Source: Catajapyx aquilonaris
Lineage: Eukaryota
Direction of reading: 5' to 3'
Assembly (NCBI GenBank): GCA_000934665.2
Contig: KZ538410.1
Location: 1-64,000 of the forward strand
Length of the DNA stretch: 64,000 bases
Positions 1 through 12,430 of the stretch are shown here, one piece after another. Position numbers and translations under genes: made by a program. Numbering within the stretch: the first letter of the stretch is position 1; every line of letters starts with the position of its first letter. The notes under the pieces were generated by a model. That model did no database searches and was not told the DNA's origin. It saw only the letters and a list, made by a program, of their open reading frames with translations.

Positions 1-82
1 AATTGTCCGCTTCTGTCCGCAAAGGGGAGGGGGGGAGGTAAAAAAGTGAAAAAATCTGTCCGCGCGGATTATGGACGGCCCC
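1..82. mobile_element. Right end of a PIF/Harbinger-like MITE, truncated by the window edge
   Basis: Ends ...ttatggacggcccc, the reverse complement of GGGGCCGTCCATAA, a Tourist/Harbinger-type TIR, preceded by a G-rich tract. The partner TIR is outside the window. Confidence 0.45.
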
Positions 83-196
83 ATTCTGGCTGTATCATTT
101 TCCAGGATTAGGGAGGGGTTTTTTGTTCTCCTCAAAAACTTTGCTACTTGGACTTGGGCACAGTGGATTCTTGGGTCCTCAATTGTTAACCCATTG

Positions 197-846
197 TCAT
201 CATTATTCATTGGCTGAAACAATAAGAACTGTAGCTATACATAACTGTAATACAAGTAGGGCTAAATACTGTTTTTGTGCCACATGAAGGAAATACATCA
301 CAAAAGCGTCTGTTACCAAAAAAGTGACAACTTTATTCACCTTGGTCACATACAAGTTGTCACGTACAGTATGACTGTCAGTATAACAGGTAATATAATA
401 TAAAAATGAAATAATGGGAACAAACAACAGTATCAAACGTCAACAGAGAATGCAACAAATGTTCCAATAGCAAGTTAGGGAACAGGTGACAACCCATTAG
501 ATATACTCTTGGAAACCGGAGTTAACATCCATGGGAAAGAGGGACAGTCCAGGACCAGGTGCATGCCCCATCATCTTGGGAGGGCCAGCAGACCGAGGCC
601 TCGGGGCGAAGTTAGGATGTGTGGCACCTGTGATGTGCTTCTGGAAACCTGTCGAGGTTTAAGAGAGGTCTTTGGAGGAAGCATACTGCCAGGGTGATGG
701 GCTGCCTCAAAATACTGCATCACGCTCCATCATCAGGCTCTGGGCTACATCATCTTCATCAGCCCTACGCAATAAGTTGAGCATATTATGCTTGCATTCC
801 TTTCCTGCGCTCCGCAACCTCTATAATCTCATCACTAATCCTGTTC
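197..846 (-). pseudogene. Degenerate duplicate of the last exon and 3' UTR of the orphan coiled-coil gene (5447-7309)
   Basis: Colinear similarity to ~4877-5790 (e.g. ggaaaccggagttaacatccatggg and gtccaggaccaggtgcatgccccatcatcttgggaggg occur in both). Indels break the reading frame and no upstream exons are present. Confidence 0.8.
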
Positions 847-1798
847 CTCACTAATCCTACGTAAAGCATATGCCAGAAACAATTGCTGAATTGGAGGCTT
901 CGTGTGACGAGGCTATCAAGGACATAGCAATCAAAAATAATAATTACAAAATAAGGAAGGGAATAGTTGTATAGTAGAGCTTTAGGCTACCACAGGACAC
1001 CTAACTTGATTGTATACTGATGAGATAACTTAAGTGGCTTGCATTTCAAGTTCTTACATGAGAATATATCTGAGGGTTTCTATTCTTGTCAGATTACAGG
1101 CAGTAGTTGCATTATCCATGTTCATGATGAGTTTCAATAGGCTTGAGATAAGTAGGAAGTGATCTTGTCAATCAGATTTATGATTGGTTAAGTGTACGTA
1201 CTGTCACTTTGACTTACAAGCCATAACAATAACAGTCCAAAGCAGTTTACATAGTGTACTAGTAATGGCTTTAAAAAATTTATACAAACTGAGCAGAAAA
1301 CATTCTAAATTTAAGAAATGTAGAGAAGTACTGCATATGATGTAAGGTTTTATCATAATATGTTAGAAATATTTTATGGCTAAGGTAGGCCTAATATAAA
1401 CCACCTTTTTCATGCTGGAAAGGTGTGCAACTGCACAAGAATGTGCATAACAACTTATCACTAGTTAATCACAAATGTATGTTCATGTTATCAATTTAAG
1501 GACATGGACTTATGGACTGGGCAACGATATTTTCTACGCCTGCACAGAAAGTCAATGAACATTGTGCTTCTAACGCCTTATGCAACAGTCGGAGGTTTGT
1601 ACCATATAAATTAATTCAACCAACAGAAATGGACTAACTCCTGCCACATTACAAGATGTGTCTGTTTACATAATCATTGTGTGCAGATAACCTGTCATGT
1701 TGACTAATTTCGGACTAAGCAGGAAGTGGGCACCAGCATTTGTAAGGGTTGGTTAGGATCTGTTAGATAACCAATCTTTTGAAGGGGCAGTCTGAGAC

Positions 1799-4567
1799 AT
1801 GGGGGCCAAGGTGGAGGAAGTGTTGGGCTTGGCGGGAGGATTTGGGAGGTGGCACTGGGGTGTCCTTTTCCTGGCCTCCATCCCCGGACTTTTCTTCTCG
1901 ACATCCAAGCTGGGCATGATGTTTGTCGGGGGTATCCCTGACCACTGGTGCTCCATTCCTGAGCTCAAGAGGGCCAACTGGACCACCGAGGATATAAAGA
2001 AGGTTGCCATTCCCAAGTACGTACTGTTGTCAATGTGCCGCTTCCATTTTTACATGATTACAGAACGAATGTGCAGTGAATGTTTTCCTTCAGGGATGAA
2101 CAAAAGGGTGAAGGAGTTTTCAGCCAATGTGAAATGTACCAGAGGAATTACTCTGCTTTGGCCTTAATGGACCCAAGTGATGCGAATTCATCAGAAGAAG
2201 GGGACTTCCTGACAGTCTCCTGCAACCATTGGGAATATGACTACAGCGTCTTCTCATCAAGTGTTGTCAGTGATGTACGTTTGATGTGTCATTATAATGC
2301 TCTGCTAACAACCTTCTGAGCAATAGAGAGATGTCACTTGAAACTTATTATTTATACCATTAGCTCTTGTTTATACTAATTGATTCCTCTGCAGTGGGAA
2401 TTAGTGTGCGACCGCCTCCACATCCTAGCCACAATTCACAGTGCGTTCACAGTTGGAATTTTGCTTGGTTCCATCATGGTTGGTCCACTCTCTGACAGGT
2501 AAAGGAATGGACTTGTGTTTGTCTTGCATCTCTTGTTACTGTGATTAGCGATGCATAAAATACTCTCAGTATTGCAGGTACGGAAGGCGCACTTGTGCCA
2601 TAATTGCTACTGCAATATTGATGGTTGTGTCCATAGTCAACGTGTTTTCAGTCAACTACATCATGATGTCAGCTCTTCGTGTGGTGATGGGAGGTTGCTG
2701 TTTTGCTGTTTATGTTTGCTGCTTTGCATTGAGTAAGTTGCCACGCTTCTCATTTGGTTGGAATTGAATCAGTTGTTTCGAAATGGACTTTAGTCCGGAC
2801 CTGGCCGTACTGTAGGCCTACCATATTGTTTTACTATTTATATATTTTGCCACAAATGCAATGCCCTATAGGGCAGTAGATAGGCACACGTTATTTATAG
2901 AATCCTACTGGAGCCATATGCACATGAATCATGGGCGTGGCAACCTTTCCAGACCCTCCAAGAACCACATTTTGGTGGTGCGACACATCCACTCTAGGAG
3001 AACTGTGCGCAGTTGTGCAGGAGTGTGTCCTCCAAACGTGGTTCCTGGAGGCCCTAGAAAGGTTGCCACAATCATGTAACCAGTTCATATGGCTTCATGA
3101 GGATTATATCGATAACGTGTGCCTATCTGTAAGGACACTGTATTTGTGGCAAAATAATTATAAATCAATTTGGTATGGCCCTCTGGACTTAGGTCCTTTT
3201 CGAAACAACTGATTCAATTAGTGTACATGTGGTCAATAAGGAGCATTTACCTTTTTCAGTGGTGGAGTTGTGCCCAAACAAGAAGAGGTCGATGATCACA
3301 TTTGTGTTTGATTTGTTCCCTGGTTGTGGTCCGTTGTTTGTTGCTGCGTTGGCCTACATCATTCCTGACTGGAGATATCTTCTTCTGGCTTATTCCCTGC
3401 CAACTCTCTCATGCATTTTCTTTTACTGGTAAGAATGCTACAGGCACAATGACTGAAGAAAGGATGCTAACTAATTGTTTAAAAATTTTAGGTTCCTGCC
3501 AGAATCTCCAAGATGGTTGCTGGTGAAAGGTCATATAGACGAGACTGAGAAAATTATCATGCGGGCTGCAAAGAGGAACAAAGTGCCCGCCCCTGATGTG
3601 GAAGTCTTTCATAGCTTGGTGGAAGCCAGCAAAGAGGAACAGGAAAAGGACACCAAGAAAGGTACTCAAACTACCCCTGTAGTGCTGTGCTCATCATATA
3701 ATAATTATACTGACGAGAATGTTCCTCATGTTGTTCAGCTACACCAACACTCTGCGGACTAATTACTGCAGTGACAGCTTTTGTGAAGACGAAGGAAATG
3801 CGTAAAAGAAGTATCCCAATGTTCTTCTGCTGGTTTATCATCTCCTTTGTATCGTACGGACTCCTATTCCATTTCTCCAAACTGCCGTTAAACATTTACT
3901 TGTTGCACAGTATCAACGGAATAGTTGTGACCCTCACACGCCTTTCCATTGTGGTGTGGCCACTGCCGAACTTACTTGGTCGGAGGACGTGCTTCTTGGG
4001 TTGCCTCGTATTGGGTGGTGTGTCTGGTTTGATCATCCTGGCTGTTCCCAAAGGTCAGTTCTACTTGTCAACATCATTATCAACTATACAGTCACTCATC
4101 CGCGGTTGATTTCTTTTCAGATATGGAGTGGCTGATGGTGGCCTTGTCATTGGCCTGCAGTGCTTTCGTGTCTCACACCTTTACTCTAGTGTACCTGTAC
4201 ACTGCAGAACTTTTCCCAACGGAGGTGAGAAACACTTCCATCACTACAGGTTCTGTGTTTGCCAGGTTTGGAGGAATAGCTGCTCCATACATTGCAAACT
4301 ATTTGGTGAGTAGGTTTTCTTGTCGGACATATTCAAGTGGGGTTTTTGTAGTTATTATTTTGTTATTTTTAAATTGTTCCACAGTATGGATTTCACTACT
4401 CTGTTCCATCTGCTGTGTTTGGTGGGTGTTCTGCATTGGCAGCAGCAGCCTGCTTTCTTCTGCCAGAAACATATGGAAAGGAAATGCCTGAAACCATTGC
4501 TGAGTTAGAAGCTGGATGCAAAGATATTGAGATGCATGATAAAAAAGACGAAAACTCCCACACGTAG
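1799..4567 (+). CDS. SLC22 family organic cation transporter (Orct-like), 9 exons: 1799-2016, 2094-2274, 2395-2498, 2578-2732, 3260-3428, 3492-3661, 3772-4053, 4121-4305, 4385-4567
   Basis: SLC22/MFS motifs [50 protein letters not shown] and [13 protein letters not shown]. All introns are GT-AG and in phase. Confidence 0.92.
2762..3219 (+). mobile_element. Internally deleted mariner-like element in SLC22 intron 4
   Basis: Imperfect ~38-bp TIRs (aattgaatcagttgtttcgaaa... / ...tttcgaaacaactgattcaatt). The internal peptide [26 protein letters not shown] resembles a mariner transposase C-terminus. Confidence 0.65.
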
Positions 4568-4899
4568 CTGCAAAATGTTTTGAAACTTTTGAGGCTAGTA
4601 AACTACAGTGGCTCAAGAAGTGGTGTCAGGGCAGTGTAAAGAGTCAGTGGGGGGATCAAAGGCATGTCTCACATTCTGACAGTGGATTTGCTCAAGGATC
4701 TTTTGCTTCCTTCCGCTATTTAAAATCCATCAGCAGCACACCAAATGACTCAAGTTGGGTATTTAAAAGGAGATCCTCTAAGTAAGAAGCCACAGGTGTG
4801 ACACACTAATTATTACATCATATTCCATTAATTGTTGATTCCATTGTTGACATTCATTGATTACCTATTGTGAAATCATCATTATTCATTGGCTGAAAC

Positions 4900-5165
4900 T
4901 TTTATTTTTTTAAACCCCTATGTTAACCTTGTTGGTCTGAAGGGGGAAAAAGAGGTTCCCAAGAGGGGGGCTCTGTATGATATAACTGTAACCACCAGAC
5001 CTTTTCTCCGGGCCCCGGGCAGAGTAGGGAGTGCAATTCTGCCCAGGCATGTCGGGTGAAAAGCGGAAAAGACCCGGCCAAGCAGAGGTGACAGGGACAG
5101 GATTTGAACCCCGGCCTCCCGCTTGGCTGCCCAGCGGCATAGCCGCTAGACCACCATGCCTCCCC
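4900..5165 (-). mobile_element. tRNA-derived SINE, family A
   Basis: A box TGGTCTAGCGG, B box GGTTCAAATCC, A-rich tail and TSD ggctgaaac/ggctgaatc. Homologous to 47981-48267 and absent from the paralogous site near 212-220. Confidence 0.85.
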
Positions 5166-5446
5166 GGCTGAATCAATAATTACTACTGTACATAACAATT
5201 GTAATACAAGTAATACGGTATCAGTTTTCATGCCACATGAAGGAAATATATCACAAAAGCGTCTGAGACCAAAAAAGTGACAACTTTATTCACCTTGGTC
5301 AAAAGCATACAAGTTGTCACCTATGACTGTCAGTCACAAGGCAAGTTCATATAAAAATGAAATACTAATGGGAACAGACAACAGAATCAAACATCAACAC
5401 GGGATGCAACAAATGCCCCAATAACAAGAGAACAGGTGACAATCTA

Positions 5447-7309
5447 TTAGGTGTACTCCTGGAAACCGGAGTTAACATCCATGGGCAAGTGAGACTGTCC
5501 AGGACCAGGTGCATGCCCCATCATCTTGGGAGGGTCAGTGGACTGAGGCCTTGGAGTGAAATTTGGCTGTTTGGTCCCTGTGGCATTCCTGGAAACCTGT
5601 CCATGTTTAAGCAAGGTCTTTGGAGGAAGCATACTGACAGGGTGATGGGCTGCCTCAAAATCCTGGGGAGGATCACGCCCCATCATAAGGTCTTGGGCTC
5701 CATCTTCATCAACGTTACGCAAGAAATTGAGCATATTATTCTTGAATTCCTTTCTGCGCTCCTCAGCCTCTATAATCTCATCACCAATCTTGTTCACTTT
5801 CTCTGCTACCTCATTCAGCATGAGCGCCTCCTCTTCCTCCCTCTTCTTCACTACTTCCTGCTTCAGGCGTGTGCCTTCAGCAACCTGCCAAGCAAGAAGT
5901 ACCAAGTGTCTACAGTGAAATACAGGTACTTTTCCAAAGCTGATTCCATACCATCCTTTTCATGTTAGCAGCCAAATTGCTGCATCGTTCAGCCTGACCC
6001 TTCTTATGCTCAAATATGTTTGCAAGGGTTTTTCTGACTGTCGCAGCGATGTCTTCCGCTTCCACTGCGAAGCGAATGCTACCCACCCTGAAAGAGCATG
6101 TGTTATAATTTCCTGCCAAGTGAAAAGATGTTTACAATTACTTTGATTATTTTGTTATCATGAAGCCTAAGCTGTCCCACTGACACATAGTACCACCACC
6201 ACTAACAATACTACAACAAATATCTAATTATAGCTAATTAATAATAATTACCCTTGAATAGGGGAAACTTCTTGTCCCTTGCATTTTATGGCAGCACATC
6301 CAGCTTGTCCCACACTGCAGACTCTGTTAGAGCCCTCAAGGATGGAGCATGTATCATTGCACACCTCGGTTAGACTTTGAGCCGTCTCCTTCTTGTTCAC
6401 ACTCCGAACCATGCATTCATTCAGGTATTCATGTACCTTCTGCGCCAAACTATGAAGCAAGTTATCATCCTCCTCATTTTTCTTTTTCCTTGCCATCTCA
6501 TTTGACCCAATGGCCACCATCACCTGAAAATCAAATTCAGGTCTTGAATACAGTGGCACTGGCTGACAACAGTAGTGCCCTGATTTTTCTACCCCCCATC
6601 TTACCACTTGGTTCGATCTGCGCTCCATATCCTTGTACTTTTCCAGGTTTCTGACACTCACATCAGAAGCAACATCAAGGTGCTCTTTTGCCATACGTAG
6701 GTAGGTCTGCACTTCAGTGAAAGTTGCAGGGTGAGTCGGGCTGAAGTCACAATTAAATTTGCAAATCTTAATTTCTCATTTTGCATGCTGTGAGCCGAGA
6801 AGTCATCATTTACAATAACATACCAGTAGTATAATATACGTGCAGTTTTATATATTATTTTATTTAAGGCATATATGCATATTTTATAATGATGAGTAGT
6901 GATCACTCTGCCAAAATTTGGCAACACTCCCCAGCCCGGCCCCCACTCGGACGTAGTACGATATGCCACAACCAGATGGCGTGTATCCTCCCTCTCTGCA
7001 CACTACTGCCACTTGAAGTGGGAACTGTAGGGTTACTACATGCACCTAGGTGATGAGTCTACCCGTGTAGCATCAAAGAAGTCCTGCCTAGCCAATTCTA
7101 CTTTCTACATGATAATTATAAGCATCATTGTCGACAACTATGAATCTAATGAGAATCGAACTGTCCTTGACACATTTCGAGCACTATTCACACACCCACC
7201 CTCCCCCTCCCAGTTCACTGTACCTCGAGATGGCCGCCTTCCCCACGGCCTTCCCCTGCTTGTTACGGACCCGCTGACCGCCACCACCGCCCAAAGGACC
7301 ACTGTCCAT
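5447..7309 (-). CDS. Uncharacterised ~355-aa coiled-coil protein, 5 exons: 7309-7224, 6740-6605, 6523-6252, 6087-5952, 5884-5447
   Basis: ATG at 7309 (MDSGPLGGGGGQRVRNK...). GT-AG introns with matching phases give a continuous 1068-nt ORF. It has E/K-rich helical segments and a Pro-rich tail, and is divergent from MRPS33. No family recognised. Confidence 0.7.
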
Positions 7310-7729
7310 CTTCCCAGCCGAATTCGAGACGGACACGACCCTGCACTTTGGGAAGGAACCGACGAAAAGAGCAAACGACACACAAGGTAACTGACCGACC
7401 CGAATGGAACACTGGGCTGACTGGGCTCAAATGAAATGAATTCGAGCAAGCCGCCACTCCGCCGCAACTGCCCAAACATGCCCATTAACGTCATACTTAC
7501 AACAAATATATACCTAACAGCAGTGAATTCAAATCGCTGGAACTACATTTACTTAATACATTAAATTACTAAACAATGATTTGGTGGTGGGCGGCGTGTG
7601 TTGGCAACGCTGATTGCAAATGGCGGCGTCCAGTTGGCAAACGCACGCTTCATATTTTTCTACTTTCCGGTGTTGAGGAGGCTGCAAATAATAATCGAGC
7701 TGGCTGTTTAATGAGAGAGTGCTGGAGAC
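7310..7729. promoter_or_regulatory. Bidirectional promoter region between the orphan gene and MRPS33
   Basis: 420 bp between divergent ATGs, CpG-rich. Contains a YY1-like AAATGGCGGC (7618-7627) and GGAACTACA (7539). Confidence 0.55.
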
Positions 7730-10700
7730 ATGACGTCGGGCGTGTACAACTACTTGAAGCTGGTGGCGAACCAGACTCAGTACGGCAGGAGGATGGCGAG
7801 ACTGAGCAACCGCATTTTCGGGGAGGTGGCCCGTCCCACGACCTCCAAGTCCATGAAGGTCGTGAAGCTGCTCAGCCAGGAACCGATCGACCAGAAGCCT
7901 GCCATTGTCGAGTACTACCCCAGGCATGTCGAGACGCACAACCTGGTCATGAAGCTGCGCTACTACGGACTTTTCAGGTATACGTTGCAATACAATGCAC
8001 AGCTGGTGGATGTGAAAGTTACAATGCAATCCACAGCTCGTGGTTGTGAAGGTTCCATTTCTGCAATACAATGCACAGCTCGTGGTTGTGAAGGTTACAT
8101 TGCGATACAATGCACAGCTTCTGGTTGTGAAGGTTACAATGCGATACAATGCACAGCTCGTGGTTGTGAAGGTTCTATTTCTGCAATACAATTCACAGCT
8201 CTTGGTTGTGAAGGTTACGTAAGCTTGTACACCTGAGTAATTGCATGATTGCGATGCTGCAGACAATTTATGTATAGTGCGGAAACCAAAACGACGATCT
8301 GGCGCAACTGTCACGCAACAATGAGTAAACCGTGTCAACAAAAAGAGCATTGTTTGCTACGATTGTTGCATGAGGACGAAATGATGACGTCAGATCAGCT
8401 TTTGTTTTCTGCACTATATATTGCTTTAATTTATGGGTTTATAAGGTACTGAGCAGACTTGCAGTGCACAGAAATTGGCTGCAGAAGTAAGTGTTCTACT
8501 ATCTGTATTTAGGGCATGGTCACCAGCCTACACGATATCTTTGTAATGGGTTGTGGCCACATTCACAATTTAATATTAAAGCCTTTTTTTGTGGACAGAG
8601 ATTTGGTGTAATGTCATACAACTGGCATACAGCAATACATTGAAACAGAATTGGGCTGAAATCATAAGGTACATCCGAAGTAATATTGGCCTAAAGTGGC
8701 AAATTAATATTTTTGGTACCCTTGGTAATTTAACATTTTGGTCAGCAGTGTATGCCACATATTTTAAAAATTTGTTGCTTCTTTTCCTTGCGTAGCACGT
8801 GCTTTTTTCGTAAATGTGTGTGTTTTCCCTAGTATTTCTGTCCACAGCAATTGTGCATACAGCCATTCAGTCTCTGAAATAAATTTCAGTAGCTTAGAGT
8901 TGCATCGCTCACAATCATATTCTTTACCCAGTTATAATCATCACATTTGTGTGGTGGTAACCCACCCCCCTAAGAGGGGTCTGTTCCCTCTAATGGGGCA
9001 AAAAAAAAAAAAAAAAAAAAANNNNNAAAAAAAAAAAAAAAAAAAAAAAAAAACAGAACAAAAACAAAAACAACAAAAAAAAACCAAACAAACAAACATC
9101 ACATTTGTGAATAATCTGAGCCTATCACAAGTTGGCTATACACAATTTGCAAGTTGGATATTTTGCACAATTTTAATTTGTCTAGACTGCATCAAGAGGG
9201 AAAAAGTGCTGTTCAGTTTACGGCAATTTCATTATTTTTACTACCTAGGTTGCAATTTTGTCTCCTCTTTTGGTCATTTGCCGCACTCTCCTAACCATAA
9301 TCAAAAGGTAAAAAAAATTGCAAACTACTTCACTTCAGGCAGTAATATGCAAGGGTGTGCAAGCTTTCCACTGGTGTGGATTTAAGCCGAGTTTAGGTAG
9401 GCATAAGCAGGAATATAACTATGGTCGAAGGCTGGGCTTCCCAATATTTTTCATTGGCGACACCAAAAAATCGTCTTGTAAAAGTCGCGACCCACTAGAT
9501 GTGCACATTTTGATTCACCAACATGAAAAGACACGTAAATAGTGATATGAAAATCATTGATAGCTATTGTAGAGTATCTGAATTTCTCTGTAACTTACCT
9601 TATGGGCATCATTATCAAGAGAGATAGAATTATTTTGTGAAAATAATTTTTGCCCTCCCTCGCGACCCCAATGGGATTGCGACCCACAGTTTGGGAAGCC
9701 CTGCCCCAAGGTCTGATAATCTTGCTCTGGATACACCTGATTACAATTACTTATGGCTTCATGCAATGACCTTCCGCAAGGACAGAGTAAGATAGCAAAT
9801 CTTACTCTGTCCTTGCGGAAGGCCATGGCTTCTGATAATTATAAGCTAAAATGTACACCTTAAGTGGCGTTCAGACGAGGCAACTTGGTTGCAACCTGGT
9901 TGCATGGAACCTGAAATACGCTGAGAGAATAGGAAGTTGCAGCAACCCAAAAAATTCTGCAACTTTTCTGCAACCGGGGGCTGCAACCAGGTTCCTATTC
10001 TCTCCGTGTGTTTCAGGTTGCAGCCACGTGTCTGCAACCAAGTTGCCTCGTCTGAACGCCGCCTTACTGAACAAGTGGGCCAACCGAAAGATGCTCTAAT
10101 ACAATGTGCCCGATGTACCCGACAATTTGGCTGCAGTAAAATATAAATTGTGAGTTTGTTTTGTAAATGTAATATTACTGACTCATGTGATTATTATTAC
10201 TTGTAGTACACTACTCAATCCATCTTTAGTAGTGTACTACAAGTAATCATAATCACATGAGTCAGTAATACATTTGTGCCAAAGGATTAATTATGGGAAA
10301 CTGTCAGTTGGTGATACGCGCACACACACAAATGGAATGCATACAGCTGATAATTATTATGTAACTATTATGCAAGTTACAGCAACGGAAGGGATTTGCA
10401 GATGGCATGTCTATCACAGTAGCTTCACATCCATCCCTTGTACAAATTGCTAAGTACCAGTATTACTGAACGTGCAATAGTGTAACTGCCATGGTTTTAC
10501 ACTCCCGTTTTCTTGGACATACCACGAGGTTCATTTCATGATCTAATAGGCTTTGAAGCATTTTCACCATGTGAATAGTTTGATAAAAGGAAGGGTGAGT
10601 AAAATAGGGTGAGGATTACCAAGCATTACTCAAGTTGTCGTTATGACACTGATGTCACTGATTTCGTACAGATTGGTGAAGCAATTTGTGGAGATAACTA

Positions 10701-12309
10701 TTTTCCGTCCTGCTCATTAGTACATTGCTAATTAATTCAATGGGTAGCGGCCATTTACTTCCAGTGATACTTGCGTGATGATGTGCATTGTTACTGAAAT
10801 GTGCGGAGGGCGTGGTAGGAACTTGTTATGCATGGGATGTGATGATTTAATTAGGAAAGAGCAAAGCAAGATTGGAGCATGGCCAAACTGGGGCAGGGGA
10901 ACATGGGAATCAATAAAATATGCAGAGAAACAAAAAGGCAGGGACAACCAAACAGAATCTCATTTTGGCTCCGGACCAGCTCCTGGCAACTCAGGTAATT
11001 TAAATTTTGTCACGCTGCACTGCACTTCTTTTGATTGTTGGTAACTACGGAAAATAAGGAATCAACACCTCATAAGAAAATAACAAAAAAAGAGGAGTGC
11101 TGCTAGCACTTCAGCACCCAAGTCCTCAGGGCTAATTTTAGGCTCAAAATTCTCAGTGTATGCACAGTATGGCCTTGACTAGAGGAATTTAAGTGATTCG
11201 CTAAAAAAAGAATTCCGCAGTCTGTTTGGATCATTGGAGAGAGACGAGCTTTTACACTTATGCGAATAACAGGAAGCAGATGGTACATTTGCACCGCACA
11301 CGCTTGGCTAGCGGATAGGTGAGGTAGTCTTGAAGCATCGGCTGTCTTCATGATTTTTATGACTAACACACTGTGATATCCCACTATCTGTGGCTTATTT
11401 CCTGCTTGTCTGGGCTCAAAATTCTCAGTGTATGCACAGTATGGCCTTGACTAGAGGAATTTAAGTGATTCGCTAAAAAAAGAATTCCGCAGTCTGTTTG
11501 GATCATTGGAGAGAGACGAGCTTTTACACTTATGCGAATAACAGGAAGCAGATGGTACGTTTGCACCGCACACGCTTGGCTAGCGGATAGGTGAGGTAGT
11601 CTTGAAGCATCGGCTGTCTTCATGATTTTTATGACTAACACACTGTGATATCCCACTATCTGTGGCTTATTTCCTGCTTGTCTGGGAACAGAATAATGCA
11701 TATGAACTACTGAGTTGTTGACAGCAGTTGTTCCTGCATTTATTTGCGCACATTACATTCATCTTCACATGCCGCTTCAGGTGTCAGTCAGAGTGAGTGA
11801 GGGTCTGCCTGGTGCTACCAACATAGTGGAGCTATTACATCAGTATTGTGAAATGATATTTTGTAACATTTTCCTTTGATTTGTTGATACCGGATTTGTT
11901 AAATTGTGCTGATAACTTGATATCTTAAAGGATTTATGTATCAGTGTCACTTTTGCGCTTCAGTGTTGCTCATTATGTAAGCAGAACTGGTCAGCTCTTC
12001 ACTTTTCCTTTGTGCTGACAGGTTTTGTGGTGCACACTTTTTCACCTGCTGATATAAGCCACGGGCTTGTTGCATAACTTTTTGCCCACAAGCTCTAAAC
12101 AAGGCTGCTGAATGATGTGTCTCAGACTTTGGTCTGTGGGTCACTGCCGTGAAGGTTGGTAAGGTGAAAATATTTCCTGACGATGCCTTTTTCTTTTCTG
12201 CAGAGATGAGCACGAGGACTTCAAGGAGGAGATGAAGCGGCTGCGAGCACTGCGAGGAAAAGGAAAGCCCAAGAAAGGAGAGGGAAAGCGTGCCACCAAA
12301 AACAAGTGA
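7730..12309 (+). CDS. MRPS33: Mitochondrial ribosomal protein S33, 2 exons: 7730-7977, 12204-12309
   Basis: [20 protein letters not shown]...YYPRH...[27 protein letters not shown] is the mS33 signature. One phase-2 GT-AG intron of 4.2 kb. Confidence 0.95.
7985..8220. repeat. Minisatellite, ~6 copies of a ~36-39 bp unit (tgcaatacaatgcacagctcgtggttgtgaaggttaca)
   Basis: Direct tandem repeats immediately after the MRPS33 exon 1 donor. Confidence 0.9.
8952..9096 (+). mobile_element. 5'-truncated SINE/LINE tail with poly(A)
   Basis: ccacccccctaagagggg...ccctctaatggggc followed by poly(A) (spans an N gap). Flanked by a 13-bp TSD catcacatttgtg (8939-8951 / 9097-9109). Confidence 0.7.
9864..10063. 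mobile_element. PIF/Harbinger-like MITE
   Basis: TIR ggcgttcagacgaggcaacttggttgca / tgcaaccaagttgcctcgtctgaacgcc, flanked by TAA/TTA, with internal GCAAC repeats. Confidence 0.8.
10173..10270. repeat. Near-perfect inverted repeat (43-bp arms, 12-nt loop)
   Basis: tattactgactcatgtgattattattacttgtagtacactact / agtagtgtactacaagtaatcataatcacatgagtcagtaata. Confidence 0.9.
11141..11686. repeat. Tandem duplication of a 272-bp unit
   Basis: 11141-11412 is repeated at 11413-11684. I saw one substitution (ggtacattt / ggtacgttt). Confidence 0.92.
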
Positions 12310-12430
12310 TTGCAGTGTGTTTAGTGATCCTGCGGACTTCAAAAGACTTCCTGGCCTGATAGTGACTGAATGCACGTGGAAAAATTCTAGCGGAAAAATT
12401 CTAGTCTGAAAATATAAAAAATCCTTAATC

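Noticed and set aside
5090..5165. tRNA genes at the SINE heads (also ~30450, 33710, 36400, 47985)
   Set aside because: A and B boxes are present, but they continue into SINE bodies with tails and TSDs, and no clean cloverleaf is evident.
8381..8452. Possible C/D-box snoRNA (ATGATGA...CTGA) in the MRPS33 intron
   Set aside because: No terminal stem and no recognisable rRNA guide. Such short motifs occur by chance.
8816..9385. 189-aa ORF with poly-Lys
   Set aside because: It arises from a retroelement poly(A) tail and spans an N gap.
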